This document shows, piece after piece, positions 1 to 7,891 of a stretch of 64,000 nt of DNA. Both the position numbers and the translations under genes were made by a program. Below the pieces are notes generated by a model that did not search any database, was not told the DNA's origin, and saw nothing but the letters and a program-made list of their open reading frames with translations. Origin of the DNA: Patescibacteria group bacterium (GTDB lineage: Bacteria; Patescibacteriota; Patescibacteriia; SG8-24; DYFX01); contig CP129476.1 in NCBI GenBank assembly GCA_030583805.1, forward strand, positions 509,429 to 573,428, read 5' to 3'. The stretch's first letter is position 1; every line of letters begins with the position of its first letter.

Positions 1-643
1 ACGGCTTTCGCTCGGCAGGAGGAGGGGGTCGATCGCGCCCAAGGTTACCGCCTGCAGCATGCCGAGCAGGCTCTCGAACAGCACGAGGCCGAGCATCAGC
101 ACGACGAGTTGCCGCAAATACGCGCGCGGCGGCGCAAGCATCGCGACCGCGAAGAAGAGCAGCATGAAGCGGATGATCTGGCGGGTGCCGAGAACCGCGA
201 TGCCGGGATCAACGAAGTTTGAAACGGCGGACGCGATCGCCACGAGCACGAGCAGCGCGAACGGCAGGTCGAGCGGCGTCGGCGCGCGGCGTTCCCCCGC
301 CAGCACGCGGCGAAGGAGCGCCGAGCCGAGCAGGAGGTAGATCAGGATTTCCGAAAAATACTTGGCGTAGATGAACAGCTCGTCCGGCACGAACTTGAGC
401 GCGAAGGGTTCGAGCGGAATGAACACGGCGAGGACGGCCAGCATCCAAAGCGGGCGGGCATACACCGCGACCAGAAGCCCGATGCCGAGGAAAAAAGCCA
501 GCACCTTCCACGGCGAAACGAAGACCACGGCAAGGCCGAAGAACGCCGCGGCGGCGACAAAAAACTTCATCAGACGCTGCCAAGGCACGTCGGGGATTTC
601 GTAGAGCTTCCGTATCTCGCTTTTCAGCGCGTCGACGAGCGAC
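1..643 (-). CDS. Polytopic membrane protein, O-antigen ligase (Wzy_C)-like; 5' part only, the gene continues past the left window edge. It is not in the ORF track because the ORF is open at the edge.
   Basis: My translation of the minus strand from an ATG at about 643 gives MSLVDALKSEIRKLYEIPDVPWQRLMKFFVAAAAFFGLAVVFVSPWKVLAFFLGIGLLVAVYARPLWMLAVLAVFIPLEPF...YLLLGSALLRRVLAGERRAPTPLDLPFALLVLVAIASAVSNFVDPGIAVLGTRQIIRFMLLFFAVAMLAP... with no stop down to position 1. Multiple TM helices and the loop pattern resemble O-antigen ligase/Wzy-type proteins. Confidence 0.45.
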
Positions 644-724
644 ATATCCCTTAAAGAATAGCAGAAAAAAGAAGAAGGGGCGACTCGCACATGCGTGCGA
701 ATCGCCCCTCTGAGGCCGACCGGT

Positions 725-2713
725 CTAGTTCACGACGATGCCGCCGCCGGAGACGTGGCAGTTGCTCGTTCCTAGGCCGTTGTTCTCGTTGGTGAAGGTC
801 CAGGCAGCGAGGTTGAACCAATCGCCGCCTGCGACCGTGTCGCTTCCGCTCGCCACATCGTCGTTGTCGACGATGAAGAAGTTGAAGCCGTTCAACGAGA
901 CGTCTGCGTAGAAGACGTATGACTGGCCGTTGCCGATCCACGTCTGCTGCGGACCATTGGTATTGATCCGGATGTTCTCAGGCGTCGTAACCGGCGATCC
1001 CTCCGAGAACGTTCCGGCGATGATGCCGTTGCCGTTGGGAGTGATCGTCACCTCGCGCTTCGTGACGCCGCCCACGTCCCAGAGCCGGCAATGGATGTTG
1101 CCGACGATGGTGGTCGTGCTCAGCGTGTGCGTGAACGCGTTCGACGTTTTCGAGCAGGTGCCCGAGACGTTGAACTCGCTCACGTCGAAGGGAAAGGCAT
1201 TCCCGTTTACGTCCCGCAACCGGAGGTTGAAGGCCGTAACCGTGTTCCCCATCGTGAACGTGTAGGTCGCGCCGTCGCCATTCCAAGACAGGGTTTGGGA
1301 ACCGCCGTACTCGAATTGCAGCAAGGACGGCGAGTAGCTGGGCGTGCCTACGAGGTGCGCGAGGATCCCGTTCGAGACCGTCACGGTCGTGTTCGAGCCC
1401 GATTCCGCACAGTGCAGACTGCCGTTGCCGACAGATTGCGCCGTGTGGGTGAACGCGCCCGTCGTCTTCGAACAAGTGCCCGAGACGTTGAACTGGTTCA
1501 CATCGAACCAGTGATCGACGCCCGCGGTATCCCGCACGAAGAGGTTGAACTCGGTCGTCGTGTTCGGCATCGTCAGCACATACGTGGTGCTGTCCGACAC
1601 CCACGACTCCCAGTCGCTCAACCCGTAGCCGAAGCGCAGGGACGAAGGCGTGAAGCCGTTCTGGTTGAAGACGTGGGCCAGGATCCCGTTCGAGATCGTC
1701 ACGTTCGTGTCCGAGCCCGACTCCGCACAGCTGATGCTGCCGTTGCCGACGCTCGTCACGGCGTGTGTGAACGCTCCGGTGATCTTCGAGCAGGTGCCCG
1801 AGACGTTGAACTGGTTCACATCGAACCAGTGATCGACGCCCGCGGTATCCCGCACGAAGAGGTTGAACTCGGTCGTCGTGTTCGGCATCGTCAGCACATA
1901 CGTGGTGCTGTCCGACACCCACGACTCCCAGTCGCTCAACCCGTAGCCGAAGCGCAGGGACGAAGGCGTGAAGCCGTTCTGGTTGAAGACGTGGGCCAGG
2001 ATCCCGTTCGAGATCGTGACATACGTCTGCGAACCCTGCTCCGTACACGAGACCGTCCCGTTGCCGGGGTCGGTCGTCGTACCGCCGGGCACCGTGTGGG
2101 TGACGGCGGTCGCGTTCGGAGCATGCGAGCACGTCCCGCTCACGTCGAACTCGTTGAGATCGAACCAGTACTGCTGGCCGTTGCCGTCCTGGAGGACGAA
2201 GTTGAAGAGCGCGACGGTGTTCGGCATCACGAGCACGTAGCTCGCGCCGTCCCCCGCCCACGCCTTCGCGTCCGTGCCCCCGCTCCCGACGCCGAACCGG
2301 ACGCTCCAGTTCGAGTTGGGATTCAAGCCGTCGCCTCCGATGAGGTGCGCCAGGATCCCGTTCGAGACCGTGACCGTCGTCTGCGTCGATCCCGAAGGAT
2401 CGCTACAGACGATCGTGCCGTTGCCGCTCGGAGGCGGCGGGGGCGGCGGCGTGGTCTGCTCTTCGCAGAGGTTCTGCGCGTTGCACACCTCGCCGCTGTC
2501 GCAGCTCGAGACGTAGGAGCACGCGTCGCGCACGCACGTGCCGACGTGGCACGCGGTCGGACCGTCGTCGCAGTCGGCGTCGGACTGGCAGCCGTTCGGC
2601 TGCGGATCGTTCTGATCATCGTCACCCTGGTCGTCGGCCGTCCCATCGGGACGGACGGCGCAGGACGCGATGGCCAACACGGCAAGACACAGGAGAGAAT
2701 GAATGACCTTCAC
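725..2713 (-). CDS. Secreted Cys-rich repeat (lipo)protein. It has an N-terminal signal peptide with a lipobox-like IASC, an EGF-like Cys-rich module, a poly-Pro linker, then about five tandem ~106-aa repeats each carrying a GTCS Cys pair.
   Basis: Track ORF 725..2803. I place the start at an in-frame GTG (residue 31 of the track ORF) preceded by AGGAG, giving MKVIHSLLCLAVLAIASCAV... The repeat unit begins GTCSKxTGAFTH and ends FNxFVRDTAGVDHWFDVNQFNVS. It ends in VVN. Confidence 0.6.
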   Translation of the reverse strand: MKVIHSLLCLAVLAIASCAVRPDGTADDQGDDDQNDPQPNGCQSDADCDDGPTACHVGTCVRDACSYVSSCDSGEVCNAQNLCEEQTTPPPPPPPSGNGTIVCSDPSGSTQTTVTVSNGILAHLIGGDGLNPNSNWSVRFGVGSGGTDAKAWAGDGASYVLVMPNTVALFNFVLQDGNGQQYWFDLNEFDVSGTCSHAPNATAVTHTVPGGTTTDPGNGTVSCTEQGSQTYVTISNGILAHVFNQNGFTPSSLRFGYGLSDWESWVSDSTTYVLTMPNTTTEFNLFVRDTAGVDHWFDVNQFNVSGTCSKITGAFTHAVTSVGNGSISCAESGSDTNVTISNGILAHVFNQNGFTPSSLRFGYGLSDWESWVSDSTTYVLTMPNTTTEFNLFVRDTAGVDHWFDVNQFNVSGTCSKTTGAFTHTAQSVGNGSLHCAESGSNTTVTVSNGILAHLVGTPSYSPSLLQFEYGGSQTLSWNGDGATYTFTMGNTVTAFNLRLRDVNGNAFPFDVSEFNVSGTCSKTSNAFTHTLSTTTIVGNIHCRLWDVGGVTKREVTITPNGNGIIAGTFSEGSPVTTPENIRINTNGPQQTWIGNGQSYVFYADVSLNGFNFFIVDNDDVASGSDTVAGGDWFNLAAWTFTNENNGLGTSNCHVSGGGIVVN
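1440..2110. repeat. Two adjacent near-identical 318-bp units (period 318 nt, e.g. cccgagacgttgaactggttcacatcgaaccagtgatcgacgcccgcggtatcccgcacgaagaggttgaactcggtcgtcgtgttcggcatcgtcagcacatacgtggtgctgtccgacacccacgactcccagtcgctcaacccgtagccgaagcgcagggacgaaggcgtgaagccgttctggttgaagacgtgggccaggatcccgttcgagatcgt at ~1479 and again at ~1797). They lie within the larger array of diverged 318-bp repeats of the 725..2713 gene.
   Basis: Direct comparison of the sequence lines at 1441-1760 versus 1761-2080 shows more than 200 identical consecutive bases. The duplicated small plus-strand ORFs 1650..1832 and 1968..2240 have identical N-termini (MKPFWLKTWARIPFEIVT). Confidence 0.8.
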
Positions 2714-2924
2714 GGGAAGCTCCTTTGGCCTAGGGCCGGTAGGACGGGAATCGGTTGTTTGCGCTGAAAAGAGGCAAGCACGCCTCTGGCAGCGTGACGA
2801 CACTCTAGCATAAAATGGCTAATTTGTCAAGTATTTCAGGCAAAATAATAGCCTTATTTTGGCAAAAAGAAGAGGCGGAAGACAGCCAGTATTGGCAATC
2901 TTCCGCCCTGAGAAACCGCACGCA

Positions 2925-3602
2925 CTAAAGCGCGATACGGATGATCCCTCCGCCTTCGGGCGGGTGGACGACATGGCAGCTCGAGATACCGATCCCGTCG
3001 ACCGTGAAGCCGTCGGAGTCGCCATCGTCCACCTTGATGTCAGCCCAGCGCACCGCGCCGTTCGTGTAGACCACGGCGATGTTGAAGTTCTCCACGTTCT
3101 CGGAGAACCGCAGCCGGTTCGCGGTACCAGGCTCCCCCATCCAGGCGGCCTGCGGCTTGGCCGTGCAACCGCTCGGATACGGGATGAGCCAACGGTTCGC
3201 TCCGTTGCAGCTCGACTGGATCGCCGACGAGTCGAAGTCGCTGCCGTACGCGATGTACGACGGCGTTGCCCCGGAAGGAGCGTCGCCGAGCAGGCCGTAG
3301 GTGATCCAGCCCGTGAAGTCCAGCACGCGCCAGCGTACGCCGTTCGAATCGGTGTCGAGCGAGCAGTGGATGTGCGGGCGGGGCTGGCAGCCGTCGGGCG
3401 TGAGCACCTGATCGGACGGGCACGTCATCGCGTCGGGAGACGCGTCGGGCGCGGAACCGGCGTCGGTTCCAGCGTCGTCATCGACGGCGCCGTCGACATC
3501 ATCGCCGACGGATCCATCCACATCCAGCCCAAGCGGGGCACCGGAGGGATCGAACGCGCAGGCAACGAGAAACAGCGAGCAGACCAAGATGAGCTTGTGC
3601 AT
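2925..3602 (-). CDS. Lipoprotein with an Asp-rich linker, function unknown
   Basis: Track ORF 2925..4217 has an Arg-rich, implausible N-terminal extension. The internal start MHKLILVCSLFLVACAFDPSG has a classic lipobox (LVAC). It is followed by DVDGSVGDDVDGAVDDDAGTDAG and a Cys-containing globular part. Confidence 0.55.
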   Translation of the reverse strand: MHKLILVCSLFLVACAFDPSGAPLGLDVDGSVGDDVDGAVDDDAGTDAGSAPDASPDAMTCPSDQVLTPDGCQPRPHIHCSLDTDSNGVRWRVLDFTGWITYGLLGDAPSGATPSYIAYGSDFDSSAIQSSCNGANRWLIPYPSGCTAKPQAAWMGEPGTANRLRFSENVENFNIAVVYTNGAVRWADIKVDDGDSDGFTVDGIGISSCHVVHPPEGGGIIRIAL

Positions 3603-3802
3603 GAGCGAACCTCCGTGGCGAAGAGCCACAAACAGCGGGTGGTCGGGACGAAACGAACGGTTGCCGTTACCCATATCCAGAATGGACATGGCGGCAGCCG
3701 ACCAAGCAGGATAGCAGAAAAAAGCGGTTTTGTCAATATTCGCACAAAAGAAAACGACCCCAGTCAGATGACTGGGGTCGAGGGGGTCGGACGGATGGAC
3801 GT

Positions 3803-4474
3803 TCAGTTGGGGTACATGTTGTACGGCCGCGGCATGTGTCCCGTCACGGGGACGAAGAACATGCCGCAGGCACGAACACCGCCGCGCGTACCGCACTCGC
3901 GGTAGTCGCCGGCGATCGCATCCGAGACCGTAGCCTCGCCGTACTGCGCCCACAACACGTTGCCGTTGGCGTCCTTGAACGCGAACGTCATCTCGCAGTG
4001 CTGGCTGGTGCTGGCCGAGGCGGGAACCTCGACCTCGTACCAACCCTCGTCGTTCTGCGTGACCGAGATCTTGCGGCCGTTGGCGCCGTAGTAGCCGGTC
4101 AGACCGAGCGCCGGGCACTCGCCGACGAAGTCGGCGGTGTCGGGCGCGGTCGCCAGGAAGTCGGGGTTGCAGGCCCAGTAGGCCTTGCCGCCGCGGAACG
4201 AGCCGCGGCAGACCCACTTCTCGCTCCCGCTGGGCGGGAGCTCGTCGGCGTCGCAGTCGTTCGGGCAGGACGCGTGGTCCTCGCCCGCCTCGCAGACGTC
4301 GTCGTTGTCGCAGACGGTGCTGGTGCAGTCGTCCGGGCAGGACTGAGCGGACTCGCCGTTCTCGCAGGTGTCGTTCCCGCAGACGGGACCGCCACCGTTC
4401 TCACCGCTGCGCGAGGCGCAGCCGACGAGGACGAACGTGAGCACGAGCAGGAACGGGAACAGGATGCGCTTCAT
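3803..4474 (-). CDS. Cys-rich secreted lipoprotein, function unknown
   Basis: The internal start MKRILFPFLLVLTFVLVGCASRSG (lipobox LVGC) is preceded by AAGGAG. It carries CxxxC-type Cys-rich modules (CGNDTCENGESAQSCPDDCTSTVCDNDDVCEAGEDHASCPNDC). The upstream 69 aa of the track ORF are Arg-rich junk. Confidence 0.55.
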   Translation of the reverse strand: MKRILFPFLLVLTFVLVGCASRSGENGGGPVCGNDTCENGESAQSCPDDCTSTVCDNDDVCEAGEDHASCPNDCDADELPPSGSEKWVCRGSFRGGKAYWACNPDFLATAPDTADFVGECPALGLTGYYGANGRKISVTQNDEGWYEVEVPASASTSQHCEMTFAFKDANGNVLWAQYGEATVSDAIAGDYRECGTRGGVRACGMFFVPVTGHMPRPYNMYPN

Positions 4475-4566
4475 GAGAATCTCCTTGGAATCGTGAACTG
4501 CGGAAAGGAGAGGGCGACCGTGACCGCACTCTCCCGAGAGGAAGAAGGGATCACGGTCCCGCGTGT

Positions 4567-5793
4567 TCAGAACTTCAGAGAGCCGTTGAACCCGCCCGTG
4601 AAGCCGGCAGCGAACTGGGCTTCGTCGTCGTAGCCGTCGAGACCGACCAAGAGGCCGGCATCGACGCTGACGTCGATCCACTTGCTGTCGACCAGCACGA
4701 GCTGGGCGGAACCCATGCCCAGGACGCTCTGCCAGAGGGCCTTGTTGCCCTCCAGATTCCAGCCCTGGTATTGGATTCCGAATCCGAGACCGAGACGCTT
4801 GTTCAGCGCTCGATGCCGGAGCTGTCCCGTGACGACCATGTTGCGGTCGCCGCCAGGCGCCCAGGCGATGCCGAGCACGAACTCGACCGTTGGCGCGAGC
4901 CAGAGTTCGAGTTGCGCTTCCGGAGCGGCGCTTGCGCCGACCGGACGATTCTCCGACCAGATCGCGCTTGCGCGCAGACCGAGGCCGAATTGGACGCGGG
5001 TATCACCATTGAGACCGGGCCGCCCGGCGCTGCCGGGCTTGCCGTCGCACACGACGACGTCGCCGATCACCTCGTCCTTGTCCAGGTCGAGGATGCCGTT
5101 GCCGTTGAGGTCCGTCCAGTTCGTGGAGCGGCTCCCCCCGGCGGGGCAGTCGGCGTGCGACGAGAAGCGCACGGATTGCGTGGTGTAGGAGTTCGCGCCG
5201 TTCTTGCCGGGCTTCCCCGGCTTTCCGGGCGCGCCATCCTTGCCGTTGCAACCGGACTGGAGCTTCTCGATCACCTCGTCGGCGTCGAGCTTCCCATTGG
5301 CGTTCTTGTCGAAGCCGACGGGGAGCTTGAAGCTTCCGTTCGGACACGCCGCGTTGGGCGCGACCGGTTCGGACTCCCCGTAGAGGGGAACCTTCACCTC
5401 GACCGTGACCTTGGTGGCCTTCGGAGCCTTGGGCTTTCCAGCCCTCGGCTTCCGCGGACGCCGCGGCTTCTTGGGCGCATCCTTGCCGGTACGAGCCGAC
5501 TCGAGGATCTCGTTGTCAGGCATGCCCGCGATCAGCGGGCACTGCTTCTTGGCCCAGTCGATCAACATCTCCTGGTCCTTCTTGCACTGGTCGAATCCCT
5601 TGTTGCACTCCTGCTCCTTCAGGGAGCACGACTGCGACGCGGGGTCGGTGGCAGGAGCGGACGTGGCTGCCGGCGGCGCCGGCGGACTGACGCCCGCATC
5701 CCCGGGGGGATTGGTCATCTGAGCCGAGGCCGAGGTCGAACCGAGAATGCTGGCGAGCACGAAGCAAGCGAGAGCGATGATGCGAGTCTTCAT
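4567..5793 (-). CDS. Secreted envelope protein with a signal peptide, Cys-rich region, Lys/Pro-rich linker, short collagen-like G-x-x triplet runs, and a C-terminal ~140-aa outer-membrane beta-barrel-like region ending in Phe
   Basis: MKTRIIALACFVLASILGSTSASA is the signal peptide. GKDGAPGKPGKPGKNG and GKPGSAGRPGLNG are collagen-like runs. The C-terminus ...VDVSVDAGLLVGLDGYDDEAQFAAGFTGGFNGSLKF has alternating hydrophobic residues and a terminal F, as in OMP beta-barrels. GGAGGTG precedes the ATG. Confidence 0.5.
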   Translation of the reverse strand: MKTRIIALACFVLASILGSTSASAQMTNPPGDAGVSPPAPPAATSAPATDPASQSCSLKEQECNKGFDQCKKDQEMLIDWAKKQCPLIAGMPDNEILESARTGKDAPKKPRRPRKPRAGKPKAPKATKVTVEVKVPLYGESEPVAPNAACPNGSFKLPVGFDKNANGKLDADEVIEKLQSGCNGKDGAPGKPGKPGKNGANSYTTQSVRFSSHADCPAGGSRSTNWTDLNGNGILDLDKDEVIGDVVVCDGKPGSAGRPGLNGDTRVQFGLGLRASAIWSENRPVGASAAPEAQLELWLAPTVEFVLGIAWAPGGDRNMVVTGQLRHRALNKRLGLGFGIQYQGWNLEGNKALWQSVLGMGSAQLVLVDSKWIDVSVDAGLLVGLDGYDDEAQFAAGFTGGFNGSLKF

Positions 5794-6059
5794 GACTCAC
5801 CTCCGTGGTTGTGGATGTGTCCATCCGTTGACTTGTCAGAGAGCCATGTGCACCGCAGCACCCTTCCCTCTCCCGCACGATGCGGGGACGAAGAAGCACT
5901 GGAATCGCCCGACGGACTCCGGAAGACAAGGAGGAGGTGTCTCCCGGCTCCAATCGGGCGATTTCAACGCTTCTTAGGCATGATCGTCCATTCCAATGGA
6001 CTGCAGAGTACACCATGATTCTGACGATTTGTCAAGGCCTTTAGGCTGGGGTTTCTTTT

Positions 6060-6100
6060 CCGCCTTAAAAACCGAAAACCGGCCCATTAAGGCCGGTTTC
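6060..6100 (-). terminator. Rho-independent terminator hairpin (aaaccggcc-cattaa-ggccggttt) flanked by T/A runs, just downstream of the stop of the 6112..6756 gene; possibly bidirectional
   Basis: Perfect 9-bp stem at ~6076-6099 seen in the sequence, with a T-run on the minus strand (ttttcggttttt). Confidence 0.5.
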
Positions 6101-6111
6101 ATCTTCTTTTC

Positions 6112-6756
6112 TCAAAGGGGCGGGGCGCCTGAGAAGCGCACGCGGCGATGGCGCCTGGCCTCCCCCACCACCAGGTAGAGGGCGCTCAGGACGACGCCGA
6201 TCACGGCTCCCAGGAAGGCGTTCAAGGGCACGTTCGGCCGTACCGGGAAGCGCGACTGGAGCGGGGTGTCGACCAGCTGGATCGCGAGGTCGTGGCCGCC
6301 GATGTACTGGTTGCCTTCGGTTGTGAGGACGTAGGCAATGGCACGCGCGATTTCAGAGGCCTGGTCTTTGCTCTTGTGGTAGACGGAAATTTGGAGGAAG
6401 CCGGTCTCATGCGTGACTTGCGTCGAGACCATGCGCGACCACTGGCGGCGCTTTTTCGTTTCGTTGGCGTTGAAATAGCTTTTGTCGATGCGGAAGCCCG
6501 CGCCCGTAACCTTGTCGAAGAACACCGACGTGTAGATGACTTGACTCAAGTTGTCGGCGATGCTTTCGGCCGAACGGATGGCGGTGTACGGGTCGAGGCT
6601 CTGGCTGGCGCGCTGGATGATGAGCAAGCGCATCGTTGAAGAGTACTCGAGAGGACGCACGAAACTGAGCGCTGCAGTGAGCACCATCATCGCGGCGGCG
6701 GAAACGGCGACCGTCTTCCAATGCCGCTCGAGCAGTTGCGTGATGTCCAAGGTCAT
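6112..6756 (-). CDS. Wzz/chain-length-determinant-like membrane protein (N-terminal TM, periplasmic domain, C-terminal TM)
   Basis: MTLDITQLLERHWKTVAVSAAAMMVLTAALSFV then a soluble segment, then C-terminal PLNAFLGAVIGVVLSALYLVVGEARR. This is the Wzz/GumC-like topology. The call rests on topology only. Confidence 0.4.
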   Translation of the reverse strand: MTLDITQLLERHWKTVAVSAAAMMVLTAALSFVRPLEYSSTMRLLIIQRASQSLDPYTAIRSAESIADNLSQVIYTSVFFDKVTGAGFRIDKSYFNANETKKRRQWSRMVSTQVTHETGFLQISVYHKSKDQASEIARAIAYVLTTEGNQYIGGHDLAIQLVDTPLQSRFPVRPNVPLNAFLGAVIGVVLSALYLVVGEARRHRRVRFSGAPPL

Positions 6757-6771
6757 ACCTCCTTCTTCAGT

Positions 6772-7890
6772 CTACCTCTTTTCCCCGTCGAGCGTCACGT
6801 CGACCGGCCGTTCGGCGCCGTCTTTCAGGACGTCGAAGCGGATTTTGGCTCCGGGCTCAAGCGTCGCGATCAGCTCGCTCAAATTGCGGCCATCGGTAAG
6901 ATCGGTGCCGTCGACCCGCAGAATGATATCCCCTTCCTGCAACCCGGCTTTGGCGGCGGATGATCCCGGACGCACGGCGGGCAGGCCCAGCGCGCGCGAA
7001 CCCGTGATGCGGGCGCCGTTCACGCCGCCGAATCCCCCGTCGGCGTAGGCCGTCACGTCGAGCGGCAACGTTTGGACGCCGAGCGTCGCCCGCACCGGAA
7101 CGTCGCCGCGGAAGATCTGCGTCAGCGCGGCGCTCACGAGATGCATCGGCACGAACGTGTCGGATCCGGCTTTCTCCGGAACGACGAAGCCTGCGAGATC
7201 GCCGTCGGCGGAAAGCACGGCGCTGCCGGCGGAGCGCGATCCCCAAGCGCCGTCCAGATGGAAGGCGCGCACGAAAAGGTCGGAGTTTTCCAAATGCAGC
7301 GCTTGCGACCGGCGGTTCACAGGCGTCGTCCCGGCAAACGCGGTCGCGACGAACATGCCGCCTTCGTCGAAGGCGTAGAGCGGCGTGCCCGGACGCAAGC
7401 CTTCCGTCTCCTCGAATCCACTGACCGGCAGCGCCGTTGCATCGACTTTCAAAAAGACGAGGCCGGTGCGCGGATCGGCAATGCGCGTTTTCGGTTCAAG
7501 CAACCGGCCGCCGACGGCAACGCTGACCTGTCCGGCGGCGACGGACGGAGCGGTCACGAGCCAGCCGTCCGACGTGAGCACCGTCGCGAATCCGACCGCC
7601 TCCGAAACGCCGCGGGCGCGCTGAGGCAATTCGGAACCTGCCGCGAGCCGCGGATAGACCGGCGCATTCAAGCGGTGAAGGCGTTCGGCGATTTCCGTCT
7701 GCGACAAGGCGCCGTTAACGGCGGTCGGCAGGCGGCCGATCTGCAGAGGCTCGACGGCGGTTGCCGAAAGGCCGGCGAAATACGATTCGACGATCAAGGC
7801 ACCAGCCAGGCCGGCAACGAGGCCGAGCAGGGCCGGAACGAACATCGAGCGCACAATTTCTCCCGTGGTGGTTTTTTTGGTGAAAAACAT
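6772..7890 (-). CDS. Membrane-anchored DegP/HtrA-like trypsin-fold protein with a C-terminal PDZ domain; the catalytic His/Ser motifs appear degenerate, so it may be a pseudoprotease
   Basis: N-terminal TM (FVPALLGLVAGLAGALIV), trypsin-like core, PDZ (GARITGSRALGLPAVRPGSSAAKAGLQEGDIILRVDGTDLTDGRNLSELIATLEPGAKIRF). There is no GNSGGP motif (GSRSAGSAV is found instead) and no TNxHV His motif. Confidence 0.55.
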   Translation of the reverse strand: MFFTKKTTTGEIVRSMFVPALLGLVAGLAGALIVESYFAGLSATAVEPLQIGRLPTAVNGALSQTEIAERLHRLNAPVYPRLAAGSELPQRARGVSEAVGFATVLTSDGWLVTAPSVAAGQVSVAVGGRLLEPKTRIADPRTGLVFLKVDATALPVSGFEETEGLRPGTPLYAFDEGGMFVATAFAGTTPVNRRSQALHLENSDLFVRAFHLDGAWGSRSAGSAVLSADGDLAGFVVPEKAGSDTFVPMHLVSAALTQIFRGDVPVRATLGVQTLPLDVTAYADGGFGGVNGARITGSRALGLPAVRPGSSAAKAGLQEGDIILRVDGTDLTDGRNLSELIATLEPGAKIRFDVLKDGAERPVDVTLDGEKR

Positions 7891-7891
7891 A

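Noticed and set aside
1091-2767. 558-aa plus-strand ORF (plus 978..2261 minus, 1650..1832 and 1968..2240 plus) inside the repeat-lipoprotein gene
   Set aside because: Arg/Ala-rich, low-complexity translation typical of antisense or off-frame reading of high-GC coding DNA. The 725..2713 minus-strand frame has a signal peptide, Cys-paired repeats and an RBS.
3536-3545. Apparent 1-nt frame inconsistency when reading the printed sequence around 3540 (ggca|accgg) versus the track's continuous ORF 2925..4217
   Set aside because: Most likely my own character-level transcription error. The track is computed from the true sequence and shows an uninterrupted frame (…DPSGAPLG…). Not reported as a frameshift or pseudogene.
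2859-3905. 348-aa plus-strand ORF spanning two minus-strand lipoprotein genes and their intergenic region
   Set aside because: It crosses a clear intergenic region containing a minus-strand start codon and RBS. Composition is Arg/Val/Gly-biased with no motif.
4771-6018. 415-aa plus-strand ORF antisense to the 4567..5793 secreted protein
   Set aside because: Antisense high-GC artefact. The minus-strand gene has a signal peptide and a GGAGGTG RBS.
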